Shown here: piece after piece, positions 37,292 to 46,537 of the stretch
Layout of the letters: each line of letters begins with the position of its first letter
Numbering within the stretch: the first letter of the stretch is position 1
Notes under the pieces: model-generated
What the model was told of the DNA's origin: nothing
Database searches by the model: none
What the model saw: the letters and a program-made list of their open reading frames with translations, nothing else
DNA from: Arthrobacter sp.
Lineage (GTDB): Bacteria; Actinomycetota; Actinomycetes; Actinomycetales; Micrococcaceae
Reading direction: 5' to 3'
NCBI GenBank assembly: GCA_036565085.1
Contig: DATCNU010000027.1
Location: forward strand, 2,846-66,845
Length of the DNA: 64,000 bases
Made by a program: the position numbers and the translations under genes

Positions 37292-38125
37292 ATGACACTT
37301 TCACCGCTCATCAAACTCAACGATGGCCACAGCATCCCGCAGCTGGGGCTTGGCACCTGGCCGCTGGACGACGACGAGGTGGCTGCCGCCGTCGTCCAGG
37401 CTGTGGAAGCCGGGTACCGGCACATCGATACGGCCGTGAAGTACGGCAATGAGGAAGGCGTGGGCAACGGCATCCGCGCCAGCGGCGTGGACCGGGGGGA
37501 GTTGTTCCTCACCACCAAACTGGACGGCCAGTTCCAAGGCCAGGACCGGGCCGTGGAAGGGCTGGAGGGTTCACTGAAGCGGCTGAAGCTGGATTACGTG
37601 GATCTGCTGCTGATCCACTGGCCGCTCCCCCAGCGGGGCGAATTCATCTCCACCTGGAAGACGTTTGAGCGGCTTCAGCGGGAGGGAAAAGCGAGATCGA
37701 TCGGCGTCTCCAACTTCAAACCCGCCCACCTTGAGCGGCTGATGGCCGAATGCGAAGTGGTGCCCGCGGTGAACCAGATCCAGCTCAGCCCGGCGATCAC
37801 CCGGGTAGCCGAACGCGAGTTCCACGGCAGGCATGGCATTGTCACGGAATCGTACAGCCCTCTCGGCGGCTCGGCCGGCACCCTGCTCGACGCTCCCCTG
37901 CTCTCCCAGCTTGGCGAAAAACACGGCAAAACACCCGCCCAGCTGGTGCTGCGGTGGCATGTTCAGCAAGGGATTGTCGCCATTCCGAAGTCGGGCAATC
38001 CGGAACGGATGGCGGAGAATCTGGACATCTTCGATTTCGCCCTGGATTCCCAGGATCTGGCGGAAATTGCCATCCTCGACGAGGGCCCGGATGCCGGGAA
38101 TGATTCGGACGTGACAGGGCACTGA
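37292..38125 (+). CDS. Aldo/keto reductase (DkgA-like)
   Basis: GYRHIDTAVKY, LIHWP, IGVSNF, IPKS. Confidence 0.92.
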   Translation: MTLSPLIKLNDGHSIPQLGLGTWPLDDDEVAAAVVQAVEAGYRHIDTAVKYGNEEGVGNGIRASGVDRGELFLTTKLDGQFQGQDRAVEGLEGSLKRLKLDYVDLLLIHWPLPQRGEFISTWKTFERLQREGKARSIGVSNFKPAHLERLMAECEVVPAVNQIQLSPAITRVAEREFHGRHGIVTESYSPLGGSAGTLLDAPLLSQLGEKHGKTPAQLVLRWHVQQGIVAIPKSGNPERMAENLDIFDFALDSQDLAEIAILDEGPDAGNDSDVTGH

Positions 38126-38257
38126 ACCGCCCCGGGGGCCCTCCCCGCTGGACGCCCGAGTGGCGAAAATAAAGTAAGCATGATTACTATTGAGGCGGAA
38201 GGACGAAGCGTATCCGGGATCCGGGTACCTCCTTTAGAAGGAAGAGGGAACGACAAA

Positions 38258-38524
38258 ATGGGTTTTTTTGCATTTCTGATTCTGGGCCTTATTGCTGGCG
38301 CGATCGCTAAGGCGATCCTCCCGGGCCGGCAGGGTGGCGGTATTTTCATCACCCTGCTGCTGGGCGTTGTAGGAGCATTCCTCGGCGGCTGGATTGGTGG
38401 ACTGCTCTTCGGCACCGGACTGCAGGAGTTCTTCTCCCTGCAGACCTGGCTGCTCGCAATTGGCGGCGCCATCATCGTGCTGCTCGTTTACGGCATGATC
38501 ACCAAGCGGAGCGTCCGCAGCTAA
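38258..38524 (+). CDS. GlsB/YeaQ/YmgE-family stress membrane protein
   Basis: ILGLIAGAIAKAILPG...LGVVGAFLGG...AIGGAIIVL. Confidence 0.9.
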   Translation: MGFFAFLILGLIAGAIAKAILPGRQGGGIFITLLLGVVGAFLGGWIGGLLFGTGLQEFFSLQTWLLAIGGAIIVLLVYGMITKRSVRS

Positions 38525-38635
38525 ACTGCGGCACTCGGCCGGGAAACCGACCCAGGGGCACAATCCCTGGGCCGGTTTTCCATCTCCCGGCCACACGGCC
38601 GGGCTTGAAACCTTCTCACGGAGCAGGAGTTCAGC

Positions 38636-39145
38636 ATGAAATCGAAACTTCTTTTGGGTGTTGGAATCGCAGCGGGCTACGTCTTGGGATCGCGGTCCGG
38701 GCGGGCAGCCTATGACAGGCTCAAGGCCAGGGCAGCGAGCATCTGGGACAGCAAACCTGTCCAGGACAAGGTCGCAGCGGCCACAGAGGTCATCAAGGAA
38801 AAGGCCCCCGAGGTAGCAGACCAGCTGGGTGAGGCGGCCCGGCGGGCGGGCACCGTCATCGGGTCCGCCATGCACCACGACACCGCTTCCGCTAACGGCA
38901 AGACCAACACGACGAAGACCTCCGGCGCCGGAACTGCCGGAAGCGCGTCCGGTGCAGGGACCGGGGCCGGGCCTTCCGGGGACCACATTCCCGGCCACAG
39001 CACCCATCCGGAAACCGTCAACCTCGGCACGTCCGACGTGGCATCGGACCCCGCGCTGAACGATACGCATGGCCAGGACTGGACTGATGAAGGCGGGGCA
39101 ACTCCGGCAGGTGCCGCCACGAACATGGACCCTCGCAGGGACTGA
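38636..39145 (+). CDS. YtxH-like general stress protein with a disordered tail
   Basis: GIAAGYVLGSRSGRAAYDRLK; AGGAG RBS. Confidence 0.75.
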   Translation: MKSKLLLGVGIAAGYVLGSRSGRAAYDRLKARAASIWDSKPVQDKVAAATEVIKEKAPEVADQLGEAARRAGTVIGSAMHHDTASANGKTNTTKTSGAGTAGSASGAGTGAGPSGDHIPGHSTHPETVNLGTSDVASDPALNDTHGQDWTDEGGATPAGAATNMDPRRD

Positions 39146-39320
39146 TTTATCGGGTTGTGGCACGGATATTACGGGGCTCCCGGTCCTGTTACGGAGCCGC
39201 CGGCCCGGATCGGGAACCCGCTCATTAATTGTGCTAGAACTAAGTGACCTTGCTGGCCGTCGCGATCCTTGGGGGACGCGGCGGCCAGCGTCGTTGGTCG
39301 AACAAAGAGCCCCGGTTTTC

Positions 39321-39364
39321 GGCCGCCTCCGCCACAAATGTTGGGGCTGCCTCCGCCACAAATG
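39321..39364. repeat. 24-bp-period tandem duplication in a promoter region
   Basis: GGC(C/T)GCCTCCGCCACAAATG at 39321 and 39345. Confidence 0.8.
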
Positions 39365-39386
39365 CCCTCTCGGGTATTGTGATGCC

Positions 39387-40169
39387 ATGGCTCGTGGTCT
39401 TGCAAACATCGGGGCGGAGAGCGTCTTGCTCGTGGGAGCAGGGCGCGCCATTTTGATGCAGATCGCCAATCCCGCAGTCGGCCACGGCGTAGCCGAACAC
39501 AGCAACTTCGCCGAACGGCCGCTCGACCGGCTCCGGGCAACCATGACCTACGTATATGCAGTGGTGTATGGCACAGAGGATCAGTTGGCTGCCGCACGCC
39601 GCCGGGTGAATCGTGCCCACGCCGCCGTGCGCCGCGAGCCGGATGAGAGCTCCCGGGGGTATAACGCCTTCGATGCGCAATCCCAGCTTTGGGTGGTGGC
39701 CACCCTGTACGACACCGTCGTGACCGTCTACGAAAAGATCTACGGCGAAATGGACGAGGAGACCGCTGACCGCGTGTATCGCGAATATGCGCGAATCGGG
39801 ACAACCTTGCAGCTTCCGGAGCAGCTATGGCCCGCGGACCGCAGGGCTTTCGCAGCCTACTGGCAGGAAACCCTGCAGACGCTGGAGACGGACGCCATGA
39901 CTTTGCGCGTCGCGCGCGACCTGCTTCATCCGGCCGGCGGCCCGCTCTGGCTACGCATCCTCATGCCGCCGGCGCGTTTCATTACCGCTGGACTCCTGCC
40001 CGACCAGCTTCGCGCGGGCTACGGACTGCCGTGGAGCGAACGTCACCGGCGCCGCTTCGACCGCACTATGCGAGCATTCGCAATGGTATATCGGCCACTG
40101 CCGCCGGGGGTCAGGCACTGGTTCAAGAACTACTACCTGGCCCGGCTCGAAACAGGCCAGGTCCCCTGA
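39387..40169 (+). CDS. Oxygenase MpaB/DUF2236 family protein, probably leaderless
   Basis: GAGRAILMQIANPAVGHGVAEHS, RVNRAH, QLWVVATL; TATTGT 6 nt before ATG. Confidence 0.85.
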   Translation: MARGLANIGAESVLLVGAGRAILMQIANPAVGHGVAEHSNFAERPLDRLRATMTYVYAVVYGTEDQLAAARRRVNRAHAAVRREPDESSRGYNAFDAQSQLWVVATLYDTVVTVYEKIYGEMDEETADRVYREYARIGTTLQLPEQLWPADRRAFAAYWQETLQTLETDAMTLRVARDLLHPAGGPLWLRILMPPARFITAGLLPDQLRAGYGLPWSERHRRRFDRTMRAFAMVYRPLPPGVRHWFKNYYLARLETGQVP

Positions 40170-40290
40170 ATTTCTTCATCCACCATTTGCCCCGCCGGCG
40201 CCCGTCCCTGCGTCGACAACAGACAGGAAGGTCTGAGAAGCTTCGTCTTGAAGAACCATCCCCGGCCATTCAGCGAGAAGGGCACCAAAG

Positions 40291-40947
40291 ATGAGCAATC
40301 CCAGCACCGGACCAACCCCGCCTCCGGGCTGGCACCCCGATCCGGCGGGCACAGGACGTCTTCGCTGGTGGGATGGCAGGGCTTGGACCGACCAATTCAG
40401 CACGCCGTATCCACCGGCGTACGCACCCGGCCAACAAGTGCCGGGACCGTATGCGCCTGCCCGGTACCCCCCTGAACGCCCCCGGATCAGCGACGGGACG
40501 CCGGTCTACAACCCGATGATCTGGATCATCACTCTGCTCCCGCTGCTCTCGATCGTCTTCCTGCTGCTGTGGAATCCACAGTTCCGCCTCGTCTATATCG
40601 GTGGCCGGGGCACGGCCACCGTCGACCCGGCGTCGGTCTTCACCCCCACGTATCTTCTCCTCCTCTTTTCGAGTTTCCTCGTCTACGGCGTCTCGGTGCT
40701 GCTGGCCTATTTGGACAGTGAGCGGCTCAAGCGCGACGGTGTGGTCCGGCCGTTCCATTGGGCCTGGAGCTTCCTAAGCGGCACGGTGTACATCATCGGC
40801 CGCTCGGTGATCGTCCAAAAAGTGGCCCCAGGGCGAGGGCTCGTGCCCATTTGGGTGCTGATCGGCGTCGTCGTCGTCAGCATCATCGTCTCGACGATCA
40901 AAATGTCAGCAGTGATGTCGTCGATGATTTCGTCCATCCCCAGCTGA
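40291..40947 (+). CDS. DUF2510 domain membrane protein
   Basis: PPGWHPDPAG...LRWWDGRAWT followed by TM segments. Confidence 0.85.
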   Translation: MSNPSTGPTPPPGWHPDPAGTGRLRWWDGRAWTDQFSTPYPPAYAPGQQVPGPYAPARYPPERPRISDGTPVYNPMIWIITLLPLLSIVFLLLWNPQFRLVYIGGRGTATVDPASVFTPTYLLLLFSSFLVYGVSVLLAYLDSERLKRDGVVRPFHWAWSFLSGTVYIIGRSVIVQKVAPGRGLVPIWVLIGVVVVSIIVSTIKMSAVMSSMISSIPS

Positions 40948-40958
40948 CCCGACGACGG

Positions 40959-41819
40959 TCAATCCGCCGATTTCTGGGCGCCCGGAGCCTGGCCCACAAC
41001 TGCAGTGCCGTCCAGTTCCTCGGAGCGCACGGTCCTGACATCGAACCCGGCGGCAGCCATGATCGCGGCTGTCCTTGCCGCCTGCCGTTCACTCGTTTCG
41101 ATGAGCAGATGCCCACGGGAAGCAAGCCAGGCCGGGGCACCGGCTGCGACCCGTCGGTGGAAGGCCAGACCATCGCTGCCGCCGTCGAGCGCTATGCGGG
41201 ATTCGTGCTCCCGGGCTTCATGGGGCATCATGCTGATCGCTTCCGTGGGAACGTACGGAGCATTGACCGCCAGAAGCCGGACCCTGCCTTTGAGCCGCGG
41301 CGGCAGGGCCTGGTACAGGTCTCCCTCATGCACCAGCCCTCCAGCCAGGCCGACGTTTCGGAGGGCGCACTCTACCGCTGCCGGATCAATGTCCGCTGCA
41401 TGGAGTTCGATCCCGTCAACCCGATCGGCAAGAGCAGCCCCCACGGCGCCGGAACCGCAACAAAGATCCACCACAACGGGTGGCGGGGCGCCGCCGTCGC
41501 CGGGGCGGTTCGAGCGCAGCAGCGCAGCCGCCTCGTTGACGAGCAATTCGGTGCGGCGACGCGGAACAAAAACCCCAGGGTCCAGGGCAATGCGGAGTCC
41601 GCAGAACTCTGACCAGCCAAGAATGTGCTCCAGCGGATAGCCAGACGTCCTGCGCTCAATGAACTCCAGGAGTTCGGCGGGATTTGCTGCGCCGGCCAGG
41701 AGAAGTTGGGCCTCATCCTCCGCAAAGACGCAGCCGGCGGCCCTCAGCCGGGCCACGGTATCTGAATAGATGGAATCGGAGAAAGCGGAAGAGGTGGGAC
41801 GAAGTTCAGGAGCTGGCAT
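40959..41819 (-). CDS. Putative protein N(5)-glutamine methyltransferase (PrmC/HemK-like paralogue)
   Basis: LRAAGCVFAEDEA, PLEHILG, VFVPRRRTE, VDLCCGSGA, NAPY (NPPY-like), ALDGGSDGL; GAAAGG RBS. Confidence 0.88.
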   Translation of the reverse strand: MPAPELRPTSSAFSDSIYSDTVARLRAAGCVFAEDEAQLLLAGAANPAELLEFIERRTSGYPLEHILGWSEFCGLRIALDPGVFVPRRRTELLVNEAAALLRSNRPGDGGAPPPVVVDLCCGSGAVGAALADRVDGIELHAADIDPAAVECALRNVGLAGGLVHEGDLYQALPPRLKGRVRLLAVNAPYVPTEAISMMPHEAREHESRIALDGGSDGLAFHRRVAAGAPAWLASRGHLLIETSERQAARTAAIMAAAGFDVRTVRSEELDGTAVVGQAPGAQKSAD

Positions 41820-41857
41820 GGGAACGCCTTTCGGTGAGCCGATGGGCACTCCGGGCG

Positions 41858-41920
41858 TCACCTGGGCCTGGCGGCCGGATGGCAGGGTGCGGGAGTACCC
41901 GGAACTGATGGAGCAGTGAT
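41858..41920 (-). promoter_or_regulatory. Candidate non-AUG leader peptide / translational attenuator
   Basis: AGAAGGAGGTGA SD; ATC 8 nt after GGAGG; 20 codons then TGA; complementary arms described in findings. Confidence 0.5.
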
Positions 41921-42013
41921 AGGACTCACCTCCTTCTGCCGTAGCTGGGAACTCCATGCTAGCCCAAGCCGTCCTCCGACCGTCCGGGACTAATCATTGG
42001 CAGGATGGGAGCC

Positions 42014-43060
42014 ATGACATCCTCCGCGCAGCACCAACTGATCTGGACGGGCACCTACACCCGGGACGGCGGCGGCAGGGCGGACGGAATCGGCGCAATC
42101 TCCGCAGCCCCGGACGGGACGCTCCGTTGGCTCGGCACGGCGGCGAAGGCCAATTCGCCGTCGTTCATTGCCGTCCATCCCACTTTGCCGGTGGTCTACG
42201 CCGTCGGCGAGCACACCCAGACTGTCCAGGCCTACCGGCGGACCGGGGAATTCAGGCTGGAAGCCCAAGGGGACCCCCAGCCCGCCGGCCAGGCCGCCTG
42301 CCATGTCGCCGTGGACCCGCACGGCCGCTTCATCACCGTCGCATGCTGGGGAGACGGGCAGGTGTTGCTCTACGGGCTGGACGACGACGGCGGGATGACC
42401 GGGCGGCTCCCGGCATCGCCATCGGTTGATCCGCACGGCAGCCAGACCACCGGTGCGCCGCGGCCCAGCAGGGCACACGCAAGCCTGATGCTGGCTGATG
42501 GCCGCGTGATGACAACCGACCTGGGCCATGACACCCTGCGCGTCTGGAAATATGCTCCGGTTTCAGGGCTGGTTGCCGACCACGAGGTGGCTCTCCCCTT
42601 CGGCAGCGGCCCGCGCCACCTGGTGCAGCATGTCAGCGGGAACGTTTTTGTACTCTCCGAGTACTCCATCGAGGTTTTCGTGATCGGGGCAGACGCAGGG
42701 ACCTTTGAGCTCGTCAGCCGCGGTCCGGCAACGTCCGGCGGGAGCGTTCCGGGTGATTCGGCTGCCGAGATCTGCCTCAGCCAGGACGGAAACTACGCCT
42801 ACGTGGGAGTCCGTGGCTCCAACCTGATCAGCGTCCTGCGGGTGACTCCGGATGGCACGGCGCTGGTTCCACAGGCCGATTTCCCCAGCGGCGGGGTCTG
42901 GCCCCGCCACCACCTGGTCCGCGGCCAGTGGCTCCATGTGGCCCACGAGCGCTCCGATGACATTGCCACGTTCGCCCTGGACGAGGCGACCGGGCTCCCT
43001 GGGCCGCTGGTCCAAACCCTCAGGGCGCTATCCCCCACGGCCCTGGTGCCGGCGCGCTGA
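42014..43060 (+). CDS. Lactonase family (6-phosphogluconolactonase-like beta-propeller)
   Basis: WTGTYT, CHVAVD, DLGHD, GSGPRH, WPRH. Confidence 0.88.
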   Translation: MTSSAQHQLIWTGTYTRDGGGRADGIGAISAAPDGTLRWLGTAAKANSPSFIAVHPTLPVVYAVGEHTQTVQAYRRTGEFRLEAQGDPQPAGQAACHVAVDPHGRFITVACWGDGQVLLYGLDDDGGMTGRLPASPSVDPHGSQTTGAPRPSRAHASLMLADGRVMTTDLGHDTLRVWKYAPVSGLVADHEVALPFGSGPRHLVQHVSGNVFVLSEYSIEVFVIGADAGTFELVSRGPATSGGSVPGDSAAEICLSQDGNYAYVGVRGSNLISVLRVTPDGTALVPQADFPSGGVWPRHHLVRGQWLHVAHERSDDIATFALDEATGLPGPLVQTLRALSPTALVPAR

Positions 43061-43142
43061 CTGTCCGGGGAGTTTCGGGAACAAATGGAGTAACCGGCTC
43101 CATGTGCCCCCACGTCCGGGCGTGCCGATTCCCCGGGGAGCA

Positions 43143-44051
43143 TTACCGGCGGACCGTGTGCCCGAGGCTTTCAATGAGCCTCGCGACGGCGTCCTCTGCT
43201 GTCGGTGGAGTACCGAAGACCTCCCGCTGGCGGGTGGTGTCCGCGACGTAGCGGCCAGTCTGGAACCAGTCGATCATCGCGGACAAGTCCTTGGCCATCG
43301 GGTTGACCGGCGCGAGCAATGTCCCGGCCACGCGCAGGACGCCGGCGGGGACGGACCGGACCCTGACCTGCTCACCGAGGAGCCGCCCGGAAATGTCGGC
43401 TATGTCCTGCAGGGCCAGCGGCCGGTCCATGCCGATGTCCACCCGCTGCCCCTCCACTCCCGGGGCATCCACCGCGGCGGCAAGGTATCCGGCGAGGTCA
43501 GAGGTCAGTACAAAAGTCAGCGGAATACGGGCGGAGCCGAACCACATAAGCCTGCGCCTGCTGAAGGGGTCGCCGCCGAACCGCGTGACCTGGTCCAGGA
43601 ACGCCCCCGGACGAAGCGCCACAAAGGGGACGCCCAGTTCCTCCAGCCGGTCTTCGGCGAGCTTCTTGTGCCAGAAGTGCGGTACCTGCGGGGTCTTGTC
43701 ACACGTCAGGATGCTGGTGAGAACGAATCGCCGGATACCGGAGCGGCTGGCCGCCTCAGCCAGGTTGGAGTTCCCCACTGTGTCGATCTCGGGGCTGTCC
43801 CCCTTGCTGTGCCTTGTGTAGCCTGCGGCCGACGTGATGACGGCGTCGACACCCTCCATGGCGCGCAGCAGCGAGCCGGGGTCCATCATGTCTCCCCGGG
43901 CTATTGCAGCCCCGGCGGCCTCAAGCCGTGTCGCGTCGGACCCCGGCCGTACCAACGCCCGCACTTGTCTTCCCCGCCCGAGGAGTTGGGTGATCACTTG
44001 GCCACCCAGCATCCCGGTTCCGCCCACCACCAGTACGGGCCTGTCGCTCAT
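43143..44051 (-). CDS. NmrA/atypical SDR NAD(P)-binding protein
   Basis: VVGGTGMLG, VRALVR, LRPGAF. Confidence 0.85.
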   Translation of the reverse strand: MSDRPVLVVGGTGMLGGQVITQLLGRGRQVRALVRPGSDATRLEAAGAAIARGDMMDPGSLLRAMEGVDAVITSAAGYTRHSKGDSPEIDTVGNSNLAEAASRSGIRRFVLTSILTCDKTPQVPHFWHKKLAEDRLEELGVPFVALRPGAFLDQVTRFGGDPFSRRRLMWFGSARIPLTFVLTSDLAGYLAAAVDAPGVEGQRVDIGMDRPLALQDIADISGRLLGEQVRVRSVPAGVLRVAGTLLAPVNPMAKDLSAMIDWFQTGRYVADTTRQREVFGTPPTAEDAVARLIESLGHTVRR

Positions 44052-44077
44052 GATCCGGTCCTTTCCGCGCCGTAGTG

Positions 44078-46339
44078 TCAGCCGCGCAGCGCTTCCTGCA
44101 CCGCCGCCAGGAGAAAGTTGAAACGCTCGTTGCCGGGAAGGTCATCCAGGAGGACGGGCTTCCCGTCCTGATCACCCAGCGGGACCTGCCAGTTAGGATA
44201 CAGCGCCTCGGTGGTGCCGGGCTGGTTCTGCACCCGCCGCTCGCCGACCGCATCAACCAGGGCGACGCCCAGCAGGACCGAAGGCGACTGGGCAAGCAGG
44301 CGGTGCAGCGCCACGATGGTGCGCTCCTCAAGGTCACTGCCAACAGCAACGTCGTGGCCACCAGCGACGGCGGTGTCTGCGACACTGTCGGGCAGCAGCC
44401 CGCGCTCCCGCAGCAGTCCCATCATCTTCTCCAGCGTGGCAGTATGCTCTGCCCGCTCCTCCTCCTCGGACCGTTCCAGGAGGCCCAGCCGGCTGCGAAG
44501 GGCCACGTGGTCGCCGGCGAGGTAGCCGGCAGTGGGCGGCAGGTCGTGAGTGTTGACGCTGGCGAGCGCGTGCGTACGGTACCGCTCCGGCGGGAGGGGC
44601 GAATCGCCGTCGTTCTCGAACCAAAGGATGGAAGTGCCGAGGATGCCGCGCGCGGCCAGGTAGTCACGGACCCAGGGCTCGAAGGTGCCCAGGTCCTCGC
44701 CGATCACCACGGCGCCTGCACGTTGCGCCTCAAGGGCCAGGATGCCGATCAGTGCCTCATGGTCGTACCGCACATAGGCACCGTCCCGGGGGGAATTGCC
44801 GACGGGCACCCACCAGAGCCGGAACAGCCCCAGGACGTGGTCCACCCGGATGCCGCCCGCGTGCCGGAGCACGGTGGAGAGCATGTTGCGGAACGGTGCG
44901 TAACCGGCCTCGGCGAGGCGTCCGGGGTGCCACGGCGGCTGGTTCCAGTCCTGGCCCAGCTGGTTGTACATGTCCGGCGGGGCGCCCACGCTGATGCCAG
45001 GGGCAAGCACGCCGCGGAGAGTCCACGCATCGGCGCTGTTCAGGTCAACCCCCACGGCCAGGTCGTGCACCACGCCCAGCCGCATTCCCGCCCTGCGTGC
45101 CGCCTTCTGGGCGTTCTCAAGCTGTTCGTCGCAGATCCACTGCAGCCACCGGTGGAACCCGATCCGTCCTGCAAGCTTCTCCCGCAAGGATTCCGCTTCC
45201 GGCGAGCCGAGGGCATAGTCCGGGTCCGTCCAGAGCGGGTCCTCGGGTGCGACGTCCTCCCGGATGGCTGACCAGAGGGCAAAATCGTCCAGGCCGGAGC
45301 CGGAGATCCGGCAGAATTCGTCGAAGGCCGCCTGCCTCGTGGGCGAGCGCCTGGCGTGGTAGAGGAGCTCCAAGGCCTGAAGCTTCGCGGCATAGACGGC
45401 GTCCCGGTCCAGCCGTTCCGCTTGCCTGTTCAGGTCCTGGATCTGCTCTGCGAGCTTGTCCACGACGGCACGCCTGCGGGGCTTGAGATATGCCAACTCG
45501 GGAATATCTTCGATCCGGATGTAGAGGGGGTTGAAGAAGCGCCGCGTGGACGGTGAATAGGGCGATGGCTGTACGGGCGGAACGGGCTCGGCCGCGTGCA
45601 GCGGGTTCACCAGGACGTAATCCGCTCCGCGTGCTCCGCCGAGGGTGGCCAGGTCTGCGAGGTCGGCGAAGTCACCGATCCCCCATGACCGCTTGGACCG
45701 CACGGAATAGAGCTGCGTGGCCAGGCCCCAGCCGCGGCGCTCTTCCAAGGGGTGGGCCGTGGTCAGCCGCGCAGGGACCACCGCCAGCGTTCCCTGCGCG
45801 GTTACACCCTCCGACTCTGCGTGCAGGGTATGCCAGCCAAGGGGCAGCCCGGGTGGCACCGCGAAGGTTGCCCGGCCGGTGGACACCCCGTCCACGTTCC
45901 TCGGCGGCACCCAGATATCCTGCTGGCTTGCTTCGATCGGCCGGGCCGGGCCTGTGCCGGGCTCGAGCACAATACTCAGCCGCGCCGTGGCGCCGTCCCG
46001 GACATGAACGGGAACCTGCGCCGGTTCGCCTTCTTGAACCACGACGGCGGGAGGCAGCATCCGCCGCCACGGCGCCAGCTCCCCCTCGGCCAGGGCAGCC
46101 TGGATGAGCTCGTTGGTGTGGGCCGGGACGCCCAGGGCGCCCAGGACTTTGATCAGGGTCTCCTCGGCAACGCTGTGCGGAAGGCCGTCCCAGCCCTGGA
46201 AGGTTGTACCCACCCCGTGCACATCCGCCAGCCGCTGGAGCATGTGCTGAGCAACAGACCCATGACCTGCAGCGTCGACGAGATCCCGAGGATCCCCGGG
46301 CGTGTCGGAAGTTCGCGGGTGCTGGTCTGGAGCCTTCAT
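44078..46339 (-). CDS. malQ: 4-alpha-glucanotransferase (GH77)
   Basis: QLYSVRSKRSWGIGDF, SPYSP, DLAVG, RVDHVLG, IGEDLG, THDLP, NQPGT. Confidence 0.95.
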   Translation of the reverse strand: MKAPDQHPRTSDTPGDPRDLVDAAGHGSVAQHMLQRLADVHGVGTTFQGWDGLPHSVAEETLIKVLGALGVPAHTNELIQAALAEGELAPWRRMLPPAVVVQEGEPAQVPVHVRDGATARLSIVLEPGTGPARPIEASQQDIWVPPRNVDGVSTGRATFAVPPGLPLGWHTLHAESEGVTAQGTLAVVPARLTTAHPLEERRGWGLATQLYSVRSKRSWGIGDFADLADLATLGGARGADYVLVNPLHAAEPVPPVQPSPYSPSTRRFFNPLYIRIEDIPELAYLKPRRRAVVDKLAEQIQDLNRQAERLDRDAVYAAKLQALELLYHARRSPTRQAAFDEFCRISGSGLDDFALWSAIREDVAPEDPLWTDPDYALGSPEAESLREKLAGRIGFHRWLQWICDEQLENAQKAARRAGMRLGVVHDLAVGVDLNSADAWTLRGVLAPGISVGAPPDMYNQLGQDWNQPPWHPGRLAEAGYAPFRNMLSTVLRHAGGIRVDHVLGLFRLWWVPVGNSPRDGAYVRYDHEALIGILALEAQRAGAVVIGEDLGTFEPWVRDYLAARGILGTSILWFENDGDSPLPPERYRTHALASVNTHDLPPTAGYLAGDHVALRSRLGLLERSEEEERAEHTATLEKMMGLLRERGLLPDSVADTAVAGGHDVAVGSDLEERTIVALHRLLAQSPSVLLGVALVDAVGERRVQNQPGTTEALYPNWQVPLGDQDGKPVLLDDLPGNERFNFLLAAVQEALRG

Positions 46340-46537
46340 GGATGTCCGCCTCGTCTGGGTGATGGGTCTGAACTTACACCGCTGCCTGTGCGCCGGGGTT
46401 CTTGCGCCCCCCGGGCAAACCGTTGGTTCCGATTATTGCAGGCCCTGCCGGCCGTGGTCCTGCGCTTGTTGGCAGATCCTGGGCTTGAAGGTTCGGAATC
46501 GCGGACAAGCCCAGGAATTGCGCCCTGAGCGGATCAG

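Noticed and set aside
39321-39364. Mini CRISPR array
   Set aside because: Two units with a 4-nt gap, no spacers and no cas genes; a simple tandem duplication
39069-39386. Extended N-terminus of the MpaB-family ORF
   Set aside because: It overlaps the upstream gene and a promoter-like region; a leaderless start at 39387 fits better
41820-41957. 46-aa N-terminal extension of the methyltransferase from ATG 41957
   Set aside because: That ATG overlaps the -10-like TAGCAT and has no SD, whereas ATG 41819 has GAAAGG; not fully excluded
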